Of a DNA stretch of 64,000 nucleotides, positions 1 to 13,080 are shown in pieces. The position numbers and the translations under genes are program-made. The notes beneath the pieces were generated by a model, which worked only from the letters and a program-made list of their open reading frames with translations, was not told the DNA's origin and searched no databases. Source of the DNA: Psammoneis japonica (Eukaryota); contig QPGO01000094.1 of NCBI GenBank assembly GCA_008632985.1, forward strand, positions 44,721 through 108,720, read 5' to 3'. Positions within the stretch are counted from its first letter, which is position 1, and every line of letters starts with the position of its first letter.

Positions 1-65
1 ATCAAAGAAGATCAAACAGATTTCTGCAAGGCATCAAACTAAGACAAGACACTCGCTCAGTTAAG

Positions 66-2543
66 ATGTGCCAGTGTGATTTCCCAGATGCAGCAAAATT
101 CGGCAGTTCTCTCATGGACAGTGATGCACCATCCTCGCCTGAAAAAGAGTTGTGTTGCAAGCTAGCTCTTGCTTTGTTCACATCATGTCGGACTGCCTCA
201 GACGTGCGACTGTTCGATCAAACCTGCTTACAATCATTCCGTCAAGCGGTGGAGAGAGAAATCGTCACTGAAGAAAATCTGAAATTCTTGCAAAATCTGC
301 AAGATGCAAAATCTAATTGTCTGCGATTAAAAAGCACATCAGATTTTCTTAAACGCACCACCCGTGAGCACACATCGGACGACAATGAATTTAGCACAAG
401 GTGCGAAAGCGACACCAAAGACGACATCGGAATGGCTTTGCAAGGACAAATGCTTGATGCTCTTCTAGATGAATTGGTGAACCATGAACACGAAGACGGG
501 ATAGAAGCGAATGATGAAGCAGCCGTGCCCACGAATTTAAGTGGCAAACAAACCAGACAGAAGGGAAGTCACCTTGCAGGACATCAGCACTTGGCACGCA
601 TGTGCATGACTTCTTCAGATCAAAACACTGTCATCAATTCGGTCCCTGTCGTAGAAACAATGGAGCCACCAGAAATTGAGGTTAATGAAGAAGACAATGA
701 AAACAGCATGCAAGCAGATGAAGAACCTGCACCTCAAATTAGGAAACGAGACACAGTTTGAGCATTGCTGACCAAGACTGGATGCATTCGACAATCTTTC
801 CAAGACATGACTAATTTGGAAGAAGCCGTTGATGTCCTTGAAGCTAACGGCTCAGCCAAAAGCTCAGTTGATTGGTCAAAAAAAGCCAAGCTAGACCCAC
901 ATCAAAGTCGTGCTTTTGAAGTCATGGCAGGAACTTTCATTTTGACGCACTGCAAAGACGCTCTGGGAGAACAAGCAAGTGGCAATGTAAGAGGAGGAAT
1001 TAGACACGAATTTAACAAAGAGTGCAGGAGATTAGCCAAGTTAGTTGAAGTGCGAGAACGAAGAGGCACACAGTTGGTTTGTTTCTTGCATGGAGCAGGA
1101 GGAAGTGGCAAATCCACTGTTGTCGATCTCATTGTTTTGTGCGCAAGAGAATGTTGCTCTTTAATTGAACGACCATTCACTGCACAAACAATTGCCGTCA
1201 CTGCCATGACCGGAGTTGCAGCGACAATTCTGAAAGGAGACACCATTCACAGAGTTGCCCATCCAAACAGGAAAAAAGAAATGACAGAAACACAAATGGA
1301 AAGCTGGAGTGACACTCGTCTGCTGATCATCGACGAAATGTCATTTGCTTGCAGAAGAGATTTAGAAAAATTACATGCTGATCTATCTGTCGTGAAATCC
1401 AATTTAGACAGGCCTCATGGGGGTGCAAACACAGTGTTTGCAGGGGACCTGAGACAACTCGAGCCAGTTGGACACGGAATGCACCCTCTGTGCAAGGAGA
1501 CCTGTGCCGAATTCCAGGAATGGGTGAACTGCTGTGTCCAGTTGCATGGGATGCACAGATTCAGTGAGGATCCAGAATGGGGCAGTTTGCTAAAACGATT
1601 TAGAGATGGCGAAGCGACTCTCGAAGATGTCGACAAAATCAATGAAAGAGTGGCAAGAAAGGGTCAACAACTGCCAGAGAACATCAAATGTGCATCACAC
1701 AGAAACAAAGAAAGAGACTCCATCAACACAGCCTTGTTTGAGGAAAGGACCAAGAGACTGCACCAAAGAGATGGAGAAGTCTTGGACTCTCTAGCCATTT
1801 TCAGTGACGATTTACAAGTGCGTGACGGAGCAAGACAGTGCAGGCCTTTCCCGGTGCACAAAACATTCTGGAAAAACTGTGGAGAGAGCGATGTGGAAAT
1901 GCAATCTGGCAGGCTTGATCCAGTGTTACGAACATGCAAGGGATGTAGAGTTATGATCCCGCACAACGAAAATGTGGCAAATGGCATTGCGAACGGAACA
2001 CAAGCAACTGCAGCAAAAGTCGTGCTGAAACCAGGAGAACATTCATCGCAAGTGGTCTTGGACTGTGGAACATCCATTCGAGGTGTCACAGCATCCCAGG
2101 TGGATCATGTAGAACTCAAGCACAGCAACAAAAGCATCGGTCCACCCACCTTTTCGCTCAAGCCTGAGTCTTCCACTTTCAAAGCCTGTTTAAAGGACCC
2201 AACCCAACAGATGACAGCTGAGGAAAAAGAGAAACACATGCTCGGACTGAAAGCAACCCAATTGCCATTCACAACAAACAATGCGACTGCAGGACACAAG
2301 CTTCAAGGAAGCGGTGTCGACAATGTGTTTGTGCACAGCTGGAGCCACACACAAAACTGGGCATGTGTCATGCTCTCCAGGGTTAAGACCAGAAATGGTC
2401 TGCATCTTCGGCAACCGCTGAAGAGAGATTTAAGTCTACACAGACTGCCGGACGGGTGTAACGCCCTGCTCCGGTTGATGGAAGGAAGAAGTGTCACATG
2501 CTTCACCAACGAACAGTGTGATGACATTTTGCAGTCCAATTGA
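66..2543 (+). pseudogene. PIF1-family (SF1B) DNA helicase, mutationally damaged
   Basis: ORFs 66-761 and 765-2543 share a frame and are split by one TGA (759-761, plausibly CGA->TGA). Motifs: Walker A GAGGSGKS, TAMTGVAA, GDTIH, Walker B LLIIDEMS, GDLRQLEPV, HKLQG and VMLSRV. No Tyr in 823 translated residues. Confidence 0.88.
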
Positions 2544-2607
2544 CAAACAGAACATTTTGATGCTGCACATGGGAATTGTTTCTACATTTTGGAAAATGTT
2601 CCAGGCT

Positions 2608-2640
2608 TTGTGTCGGGCTTGCAGGCGTGCCCGGCAACAA
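2608..2640 (+). other. Imperfect GC-rich hairpin, candidate Helitron 3' terminal palindrome
   Basis: ttgtgtcgggc...gcccggcaacaa arms with one G-T pair and one bulge. A canonical CTRR end is not found at the usual spacing. Confidence 0.45.
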
Positions 2641-2649
2641 CCGATAGAA

Positions 2650-3330
2650 AACAAAGGGTCTAATCTAATAAATCGGTGTTAGTACATTATTACAATGATA
2701 GACACACTCAGCAACCAGTGATGCACAACGTTAGGACAGTTCTCTTATCATCTACCATAGAACGATCACACCAGAATTATCAAAAAGGGGAAACCCACGT
2801 CTCTTCTTATAATATATACATACACGAATACGAAAATTAAATCGCCATTTTTTGATATAATATTAAAACATTAATATAGAATTACGTCGCACATTAATTA
2901 ATTGCGAACCCATCATTTAAGCGTGCGAATTTTTCAAAAATGATTGGTGGCAAGTAAAGATCAAAGCTCTAAAATTTGATGCTCGCGCGCATGGCAATCC
3001 AAACCAGCCCGGGTTCCACACCTCCTCACTTCGTGTCCAGAGTTCCTACCATAAAGGAGGAACCAATTACTTAGCTTGCGGAACCTCTATTTCGTGGATA
3101 TTAACGGATTACTTAGATTTTAAACTTATTCATGTATAAAGTTCTATTACGTAAATGTCATCTTAGAATTGATTATTCGTATAATCATGCGATGCCCCTA
3201 CAGTGTGTTTGGTTGATCTTTTCTCACACATGTGTTAGATCTAGATTATTTTACTGTACGTGAATTTGACGGCTTGCTTTGAGTGATGGATTTCTTCAGA
3301 CCGATCTTAGGGTTACGAGATCAAGGCAAG
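2650..3330. other. AT-rich non-coding island retaining TpA and CpG
   Basis: Rich in tata, taat and tacg words (e.g. tataatatatacatacacgaatacg). No ORFs. Lies between two TpA-depleted blocks. Confidence 0.7.
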
Positions 3331-6300
3331 ATGCTCTCTGCTCTAGAGCTGCTCTCTGCTGTAGAGCTGGCTAGAGCCAGAGTTAGCAGCAGAGAGTGGC
3401 ACTGTCTTTCAGAAGGTCGTGACAAAGCACCGTGGGCCTCAGTTGTTTGTTCAACCCCACAGGGCCGTTGTCAGCAAAGGGTGGAAACTGCGCACATGTT
3501 GATGCACTGGCATTGCTGGCCACCACCTCCAGAGTTGTTGGATCACTTGGCAGCACGTGCTGCTCTGGCACAAGCCATTTTTCTTTGTTTGGCACAAGCT
3601 GCACCTGGGTTCTCCAAAAAAGCATTGGGAGTCTTTGGTCGCTGGGTGCTGACTGGACATTTGTGTGATCTCCATCAACCTCCAAAGCTGCCTTGTTGGC
3701 GATGTGGGCTTTCACATTTGCTTCATCAGCACTGCTGCGGGAGCATTTTTCATGTGTGAGCTGAAAAGTTGAGATTGGTGTTTCCAATGACTGACATTGC
3801 AGCTGACCTTGCTGGCCCATCAAAAAAACAATGGACCATTGGAGAGTGCTTGGTGCACATGTGTGCACATGGTCTTGTCAGCTCAAAGCTGAAGTGGAGA
3901 AAGAATGCTGGGTGCCATGCTCTCAGACAATTGGCACCAGCCTGAGCTTGCAAGTCAAAGATCAAAGAGCATGAGCTGCCATGGTGGGTTAGCTGGGGTC
4001 AGGTGTGGCCCTGATTTAAAAAGCTCACATGGCAGACAAGTCTTTAAAAATGAAGTGGTGTTTGCCATTGGTGCCTCCACAGGAAAAGCAACCCCCAGCA
4101 GAGGCAAATTCTTTGTGTGGCTCAGGCAGCTTCTTCTCTTTTGAGTGCTCTTTCAAGGCAGCAGGGCTGCACAGCACATGTGTGGCCAGCCATGACAAGA
4201 AAAAACTCTGCCAACCAACTGCGCAACACATTTCATCTAGCTGCCAATGCATGTTTTCCAACAACCACATCAGAGATTGTGGTGCTCCTCAGAGAAAGCT
4301 TTCCTGTCATCTGCAACCCACCACTTCCAAAGCAAGCTTCTCATGCCAGGTTGTGTGCTTCCAAAGCCAATGATGGCTGACTTTTTGTCTGAATTTGGGG
4401 ACATGACACTCACACTGCCAAAATCACTGCCAAAAGACAAAAGAACTTTGCAAGCATTTTCAAAGTTTGCATCAATGTTGCTTTCAGCTGCCAAGAATTT
4501 GGCTGTGATTTGCTTTCACATCTGGCCATGCTCTGTGTGCAGTGCAGCACAAACCAAGCAAGCAAAGCAGCACTGACACAGTGGCCTGCTCACAATGTTT
4601 TCAATGGATGCTGTTGGTGTGGATTGTGCTGTCTTGTGCTTCCACACATGTGATCATTGGTCTTCTGCTGCAGACAAGATGGCGGCACTTGTGCTCAACA
4701 AGTTTGCCAACCTCAACAAGGGAGGTCTAGATCCAGGCAAATGCCTTCAGTGCAGATTTGTGAAGGACATTTGCTGGTGTGCACTTAACCTCTGAACCTG
4801 ACAGAGTGGTTGTGTTGGCACTAATTTCTTCAACAACATTGGCTCAATCTCTGTCATGCCATCCCATTTCAAGCTCTCAGATGTGGTGTTCAGCCTCATG
4901 CATGAGAACAATTTTTTGCTGCATGGCACACTTTTGGCAAACAGAGGCGCTCAGCCATGCATGTGCTTGTGGCTCCTGGGGTCTTCCAAGCTGCTGCTGC
5001 TCAGTTGTGTGGGACCGGATGCCAACCTTCTGGGTGCACTGCAACCCCAGATGGTCAGGCTTTCACTTTGTGAGCTGTGAAGTGCACATGCTTTTTGGCA
5101 ACTTGTTGGCTGATGTTCCCTGTGCTGTCTCCACCTGTTTTGATGCTGCTTTTCTTGAGAGAGCTGGGCTCATCATTGAGAGTTGTGATGAGCTGGACAA
5201 TGCTCAACAAATGCTTCACTCAGAAGAGCCCAAACACAAGCTTGCAAGCCCAGAGTGATTGAGACAGGGCCCATTGCAATTTGCTTTGTTGGTGGTCAAA
5301 AAGTGAAAATCACACCATGAGCCAGTTTGGTCGCCTCTGTTGCTCAACTTGCCTCCATGCAGCACATGTGGTTTGTGCTCCACTCCACCTTTTTGAACCA
5401 GCTGATTCTGTTTGCCAAACCCAGCCAGCACAAGAAAAACTCTCCAGCTGATTCATGATGTTCTTGATGCTGTTGGCCCAAGATTTGGCAAAGTCTTTTG
5501 GACAAAGTGCACACCTCACTCTGCCAAAAATTCAGCTCAATGCACTTGACAGGGTGCACTGGGAGTTCTTTGCTGCATTCTTGGAGTGGCCTCTGCAGCT
5601 CTGCAGCTGTTTGCTTGATGTGCCCAACTGCAGCATCTGTGACACACATGCTTTGAGACTCCTGGCTCTGTCAAGCCCAGCTTCAACAAACAGTGGTGTT
5701 CAGCAGAGAATGTGTTCATTTGAGTGACATGTCAAATCAGGCCAGCAGCTTCCAAGCATGCCCTCAACCACCCTCTCTTGTTGGCCTTGTCTTCTCAGCA
5801 CAACACAACAACCAGCTGTGGTGCCAGAATCTTTTCTCTTGATGCAGCAGGTCGTGAACTTGAGTGGGCTTTTGCAGATCGTCATGGAAGACAGCAATGC
5901 CAAAAACAGTGTCACAAATGTTGTGATTTGTTCCACTGAATGGCCAACTCTTGCTGCAAGAGCAAACAATTGTTTTTGTGCTGTGCTCTGCTCTGCACAA
6001 AACTTTTGGTCATTGTGTTTCCCCAGCAAGTGTTCCCAGAAGAAGAGAAGAGTGGCAGAACAGCTCAGCTTCTTGATCCTGCCCTGCCTCTTGACTGAAA
6101 AAAAGAAGGTGCATGGGTGCATCATGTCACGCTTGTCATTTGCCAGCTCTGGCACAATGCACACTTCCCAGTGCACCCATTTCAAACAACAGATCTTTTG
6201 AAAAATGCAGTTTGTCCAGTGCTTGAGAGGCTCTCTGGACAACCCCTTGTGCATTTTTTGGCAAAGCTTTGACATTGCAGCTTGCTGTGAGATGTGTGTG

Positions 6301-7179
6301 TGCTCCCTTGCTGTGCTGACAGAATCTTGTTGGCACTTGCAGCACCCTTGTGTTTGTTCTTCAAATGCATCAACTGGCCAGTTGAGCAAGATCACTCTGA
6401 AGCTCTTCCTCTGCAACAGGATGGTGTCTCACTGTGAACTGCTTTCAAACACAGAAGTCAGATCCATCAAGTGTGTCACAAGCTCTTTCTTGGATGCATT
6501 GCAGCAGTGAGCAAGCAACTTGAGATGGGTGTGCCAAAAGTGAGTGGTGCCCATGCCCACCACTGGCAGAGCACACTCTGCAAGAACAGCTGAGCAGCAG
6601 CAACCTCTGGCAGAATGCACTCTACAAGCCCAGCTGAGCAGCAGCAGCAGCAGCTGTTCTCACAAGCACAGAAAATGAGAAGCAACAAAAGCATGCTTGC
6701 TTGTGTGAAGCTTTTTGTCACCCAAGTGCTCTCAGGCCAAGCAGACTCTGCCATCCCCCACCTTTGAAACAAGAATGCAGGCACCAGCTTGCTTGGACCC
6801 TGGTGAGCAATTTTGACAATCTGGGTGATTTTGAATTTTTTGCTTCCACAACCCAACAGAGTTTTGTCAGAGAGTTGGGAGCCATTCCCTCCACTCCTCT
6901 GGGTGGCAGGTGGATGACTCACTCTCACCAGGTTGCACTTGACACTCCAGTGTCTGCCCCAATCTCTGCTGTCTTTGAACACAGACTTCAATCTCTCTGC
7001 CCTTTTGTGCAGGGAAGGGCATTGTTTGATGACCTGATTCTGTGTGCACCCAGAGAGATCCAGGGCACCACAAGAGTTTTGTCATGGCACTGGTGGCAGT
7101 GTGATGGATTTGTGACATCTTCCCAAAGAAACCTTTGGCTGAACCCTTGTGATGTGTGGAGCTGTTCAGGAACTTTGAC

Positions 7180-7490
7180 AGACCCAGACATGTTGAAGAA
7201 AAGATGTCATTGCTCCTGATGTGGAGGACGCGGCAACTCATTGAGTGCAAAGATGTGCCATCGCTGATCCCACCCATTTTGTTGTTCTCACTCTTTGGAG
7301 TGAATCATTTGGTTTGCATGATTGTTGAGTGGTGTCAAGAGGCACCTGATGTTTTGGCAGTTGTTGATTTTCCATTAATTCCCAGGCAAACCACAGCCAC
7401 AGCAGACTGCCAAGACAAGTGCAACCAGTTGCTCAGGAGAGGACCTCAAGGAAGGGATTCCCTTTACAAGGCATTGCCTTGCTGATTCAA
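7180..7490 (+). repeat. Dispersed repeat, copy 1 (copy 2 at ~12760-13080)
   Basis: Shared blocks include ttgaagaaaag, tgttctcactct-ttggagtgaatcatttggtt, gaggcacctg and gttgctcaggaga. Confidence 0.8.
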
Positions 7491-10400
7491 CATTCACACC
7501 AGAGAGTCATGGGTGCCAAGTTTGGTGCTCATCTGCTGGAAGACTGCTGACAACACCAAGATGTCAGAATGCCTGCACAATGAGTGGCAGAGGAGGTGGC
7601 AGATCAAGCTGTTGAGGCCAAGGATGTGGTCCCAGCAGAGGAGATGGAAGTCACAGGTTGCAACCACAAGGGTGACATGTCTTGTGCCAAGTGGTTCAAG
7701 AAGACCAGCAAGAAACTGGAGATTGAGAGGCAGAGCCATGCACAGATGTGAGAGGCAGAAAAGACAATGACCCATCAGTGGACAGCAACAACACATGAGT
7801 GTTGACACCAAAAAATCTGACAGATCAACCTGTTCCAGCCAAAGCAGAAGAAGCACTGCATGACCACCAAGAGAACAGAGGGGAGCATGAATGACCAAGC
7901 CAACACAGACATTGATTCCAAGGAGATTGTCCTTGACAATGGCTCTGGTGCCCTTGGCATGGCAGCAAGCTGGAAACTGGTGCACAATGTGTGACCAGTG
8001 AGGATCAAGATTGACCCATCAACCAATGCCCACACCCCAGATGAAGCCTGAAACAATGCCAGGATGGAGAGACATTGAGCTTGGGTCAGATGATGTGATG
8101 GCCAGTGACCTCAATTTAAAGGATGTGAAGAGCAAGCACTGCATGACTTGAGATGACGGAATTGCAGATGAGTTCCAACTGTTGGGCAAGAAAACTGGGG
8201 ACAAAAGCTGCAGTGTTCAAAGTTGACAACATTGGGCTGCACATGTTTGCACCAAGTTGAAAATTCTTCAACTGTGCCAAAGAGCTGCAAGAGCAAGAAG
8301 AGCACACGAGCATGCTGTTGAAGGACAAGAGGAGAGCCACCACCAAAAAGGAGCACAAGGACACATCCAGAGTGATCGTTCCCACTGCAGAACAAAACAC
8401 CAAGGGCTGCTCTAAGAGAAAGCAGCCAATGCCAAGAAAGCTTTCAGACTGCAGTGTGAGAGATTTTAAACTGTCATTTTCATCAAACCAGGTGAAGAAT
8501 CTGACCATTGCACCTGAAGACATTGACAGAATGGTTGGCCATGTGGGGACCACAGACAGACACACTAAAAGAAAGACCAAGCCTGCACACCCTGCCCATG
8601 AGAGAAATGCTCTGCATTGATGTCATGGAAGCATGTGGAGTCAAGACATTGTGTGCAACAGACAAGACAAGCAAGCACCAATCAAACATGAAGCCAAACA
8701 CCAAGAACTGCACCAATGCACACAAGGCATTGGACGTGGTGATCCTGCAACAGCGCATGACACCAACACATTTAAGATCAACTTCATCAAGAACAACCTT
8801 GAGTTCAAGGATGTGGTGTTGGCGGCCATTGTTGATGGCATGGACCCAGAGCCAATGGTCCATGAATGCCAACCACCATGTTCCTGAAGTGGAGAGGAGC
8901 ATCCAAACTGTTGAAGAGCAAACTCAGGCACCCGTGCACTGTTTGCCACACAAGACAACACTTGCAGCCCACACACTGTTGTGCAACAAAGGAACCTTGT
9001 TCACAACAAACATTTTGAATTCTCCTTTGGAAAATTTGTCCCATCCCATGCTGAGCCCAACCCATCAAACACTGTGGGTGCACATGGCATTAACTGCATC
9101 CACCTGCAACCACACTGCAACACACCAAAGGGCAGACACTGCACCAGATGAACTTGCACATGGGCAAGCTGCTCAATCCTTGCAGGTGTGCCACAATCCC
9201 CGCCCCAACCAACACGCGTGTGCATGTGTGTGTGTGTTTGAAAAAATTGCCATTGCCAAGGACATTGAAGAGCTCAAATGTGCAGGTGAATGTGGGGATG
9301 ACCTGCGTGATGCTGGTTGGACTGCAGGAGTGGACCACAAAGAAAGCAATGCCAAAAGTGACAATGAATGCAGAGAAAATGGTGATGAAACTAGAAGTGC
9401 AACAACCAATGACAAAAATTGTGAAGAAGAAGAAGAAGAAGAAGAAACTGAAGACTCTGGCAATGCATGCGAAGAAGCTCAAGACATCCCAGGCAGCAGA
9501 TGAAAGATCCAGCCCAGCTCAGCATCACAAGGATGATGAAGACTTTGATGAGCAAGATGAAGAACACAAAGAAGAGCAAGAAGAATACAAAAATGCATCC
9601 CATGATGGGAAAACAAACAAGCAGAACAATGCAAAGCAAAACAAACCAGAAGCAGAAGATCTTGTGCAGTGGTGGCACACCACCAGAAACACAAGACAAT
9701 GCAAAGAAAACCAAAAGCATGATTTGCAGGAGTGGCAGATGCCAAAAGAGAGAGACAAAGACAGTGTGAGCTAGAGTGCTGCCATCATTTGTGAACCAAT
9801 GTGAGTCCTAACCTTGAGAATGACATGGAGTGCAACACAGAAGCAGGGGTGGCAATGGCACAGTTCATGTGCAAGATCAATGACTGAGCACAGTCATGAA
9901 AGAGCATTTCCTTTGCCCAACAACAGCTGCCACATGAGGGTCTTAGAGGTTTTGGTCAACAAGGATGTGATGCCTCAGAAAAGGAGATTAGACAGCTCCA
10001 CAACCCAACAGAGCATGCTTTGCACCCACATCAGTTAAAGAAATGTCTCCGACAGAGAGGTTGAGGGCCATGGTTGCCTTGATGTTCCCAGTGGAGAAGC
10101 AAGGCAGTTGTGCAAAAGGATTGGTGGTTTGCAGTGGGAAACCAACCAGGGAATGGCTGGACAAAGACAAGTCAGCCAGTCTGATGGCATCACTGGAAGG
10201 AGTTGTGATGGCAGCCATGTCATTGACTGTGAAGAAGGGCATGGCATTGTGAGTGCAGACATGCCAAACATGTTCACTTGGATGCAGAGTGGGCATTGAC
10301 TCCAACCCATGTGGACCACATGTGGTCAGGAGAAGAGGAAGCAAGTCTTCTGCATCAAGGCATTGGAGCAACACACGGGATGCTTGTGGCAGCCCCGCCA

Positions 10401-11350
10401 TGGCACAAACAATTCCGCAAAGACTTGAAGAAGATTGGGTTTGAGTTCAACCCATGCAATCCTTGCATCACCAGTTGCACAGCAAATGGCAGCACAACAT
10501 CCAATTTGTGTGGATGACCTGCTGTTGAGCCACAAGAACACCCCAAGGTCAATGACCAATTCCTGAGCTGGCTCAACAAGACAAATGGGAGCTGCAGTGA
10601 AGTCATTGCTTGCCACTTGAGGGAAGAGGCATGACTGTCTGGGATGACCCCAGATTTCAGTGAGAAAAGCAAGGTGAAGATTGACATGACTGAATGTGCA
10701 CAGAAGGCAGTGTGCACAGAAGACAATCAACCAGCTCCCAGAGAAAATTAAGAGCACCAATGCTGCCATGACACCAGTGGCAGAGAACCCACTTGAGACA
10801 GGCTGTGCTGGATTGCCGACCAGCAGAGAACAGACATTCCATGCATGGGTGGCCAAAGGACTGTTCCTGTCTGAGAAAGGCTGCATCATGGACATGCACC
10901 CTGCAGCCACAGCATTGCGCATGAGAGTTGGACAACCCGCCAACAGGAGGGGCTGGGAGAAGCCAGTCCATTTCATCAAGCATCTGAACCAGACAAGGAA
11001 CAAAGCTGCTGCACTGAGCACAAAAGACATCCGTGTCATCACAAGTGGTGCACAGATGCATCATTCATGGTGCACCCGGGTTTAAAGAGCCACACCGGAG
11101 GTGCAACAATGATGGGAAACAGTGCGATGTCCAAGTGCCAGAAGCCAAATGCCCAAAGCAGCACTGAGGCCAACCCAGTTGGTGTTGAAGGTGCAATGGC
11201 CATGATCCTGTGGATCAAGTCATTCATGAAAAAACAGGGTCATCCAATCAACAGGAATGTCTGGCATCAGGACAACAAGAGCGCCACTCTGCTGGAGACA
11301 AATGGGTGCAAGAGCACAGGAAAACAATGACCAACAAGCCACTGCTGGGA
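7490..11350 (+). mobile_element. Degenerate Ty1/Copia (CoDi-like) retrotransposon remnant
   Basis: Motifs occur in Copia order: protease-like IVLDNGS (~7925-7950), integrase-like HVPEVERSIQTV (~8877-8915), RT VDDLLLSH (~10510-10533), and RNase H KSHTGG...SSTEA...QDNKSATLLETNG (11085-11310). Many stops and frameshifts. Confidence 0.75.
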
Positions 11351-12759
11351 ATGAAGTTTGTGACATCAGACAAGAATTCTGACACATGTGGGTGAAAGAA
11401 CTCTGTGACCCAGAAGATGTGTTGAGCTGTGTGGCTGAAGCAATCACAGTTGTTCATGTTGCCAGAACCATGATGTCAATTGCTGTTTCCACTGATCCTG
11501 ATGAAGATGATGTGATGCATCTCAAAGACCGGCTTGAGCTGAATGACACATTTGCATGACAGTGGCAGAGGAGCTGTTGGGACAGGTTCACAAAGTTGGA
11601 TGAACTGTTGCTGCTGAGAGAAAAAGAGATCAAGACTTCCAGAATGCACTGGAAGAACACAACGAATGGACACAATGTTGCAGTGAGAAACTGACGACAG
11701 ACCCCTGCATCCGTTGAGAGGCAATCAACACGCATCTGTTGACAATCAAACTCATGGAAGACTGGGCTGCAAGGAAGACTGGCACCCTCTAAGAGGACTT
11801 TGAGAAGAACAAGAAAAAATTTGAATGAACGTGGCATGAGCTGTGGACAGCAAGGCATGAGACAATGGGGCGCATGCACAACAAGTTGAGGCAATGCAGA
11901 TGGAACAAGTGATTTTGTGCCAGCACATGTTTGCCAGCCACTGCTGCGCCAATGATCTCCTCACTTGGCAATGGACAAGAAATGACAGCCATTGTCAAAC
12001 ACCATGCAAGAGTGGCACACAAGACTGAGGAACATTGGCAGATCCTTGGAACATGGGTTTGGGGACAGGGACACTCATGTCACAAGCTGGGATTTTGGCT
12101 GGGTGACTTGCACCTGAGAGAATGCACCGTGGACTCAGTCATGGGATCAATGGGCAACAAATTCTGATTTGCATTTAACACCAACAATGTGCTGTGTGTT
12201 GAATTTGGGGTGCCCCAATGTGGGTTGGACCACTGTGGAACATGCAGACCTCCAAGTGCACCACCAATTGGTCTCTGGAAGCCAAGAAGTGGTGATTCAG
12301 GTTGGTGCAAGGCAACAATGGAGTTGTCTTTGATGCTTTTGAAGTTAGCATGATTGTTCAAGCTTGCAGTTGTTGAAGCAAAGCCCCACAAGGAATGGCC
12401 TTGCCACAACCCAGAGTTCTTTGAATTGAGCTGCAGAATCATCAACAACTGGCTGATGGAAATGATTGGCAACACGCATCCACACAGCATTGCTGTGCAA
12501 GAGAAGATTCAATGAGCTCACACCAAGCATTTCATGGACAGGGTCATGACTGCATTTGATGATTTGCTCAGCCCACCACACATTTGCAGACCAAGTGGAC
12601 ATGACTGTGGAGGCATCAATGTGGCCAACACATTGAATGGACATGTTGTTAACATCCCACTGGGCAGTGCAGATCCAGAACATCCGGGTGAAGTTGGGCA
12701 TGGACAGATCATTGGTGCAAGTGGTGGGAGAGTGTTGGAACAAGTTGTGAGACAGGAAC

Positions 12760-13080
12760 TTTGAGACCCGGATGTCTTGAAGAAAAGAATTTTGTTGCTC
12801 CTGATGCAGAGGACATGGTGACTCATCAAGTGCAATGATGTGCTGTCACCAAATCCCATCTGTTTTGCTGTTCTCACTCTCTTTGGAGTGAATCATTTGG
12901 TTCACATGATTGTCAAGTGGCATCAAAAGGAGGCACCTGCAATCTTGGCAGTCATCATTGAGTTTCCATTGACACCTGGGCAAACACCACCGCCGACACA
13001 GACCACCAACGCAAGTGCAGCGAGTTGCTCAGGAGACCTCACAGGAGGATTCTCTTTGGGAGACATTGACTTGCTGGTTC
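12760..13080 (+). repeat. Dispersed repeat, copy 2 (copy 1 at ~7180-7490)
   Basis: Same colinear blocks as copy 1. Many differences are TG-versus-CA swaps. Confidence 0.8.

Larger units (their letters stand above)
1..2640 (+). mobile_element. Helitron-like element, 3' part (runs off the window start)
   Basis: Contains a PIF1-family helicase preceded by an E-x-[Y]-x-K-L-A-L-x-L-F-x-x-[Y]-R-type linker like that of RepHel proteins. A GC-rich hairpin lies ~65 bp after the stop, and TpA depletion ends at that hairpin. No Rep domain is visible in the window. Confidence 0.6.

Noticed and set aside
66..2543. Alternative genetic code or TGA readthrough explaining the missing Tyr
   Set aside because: Neighbouring host genes use Tyr and standard stops normally, and the non-coding LTRs show the same TpA changes.
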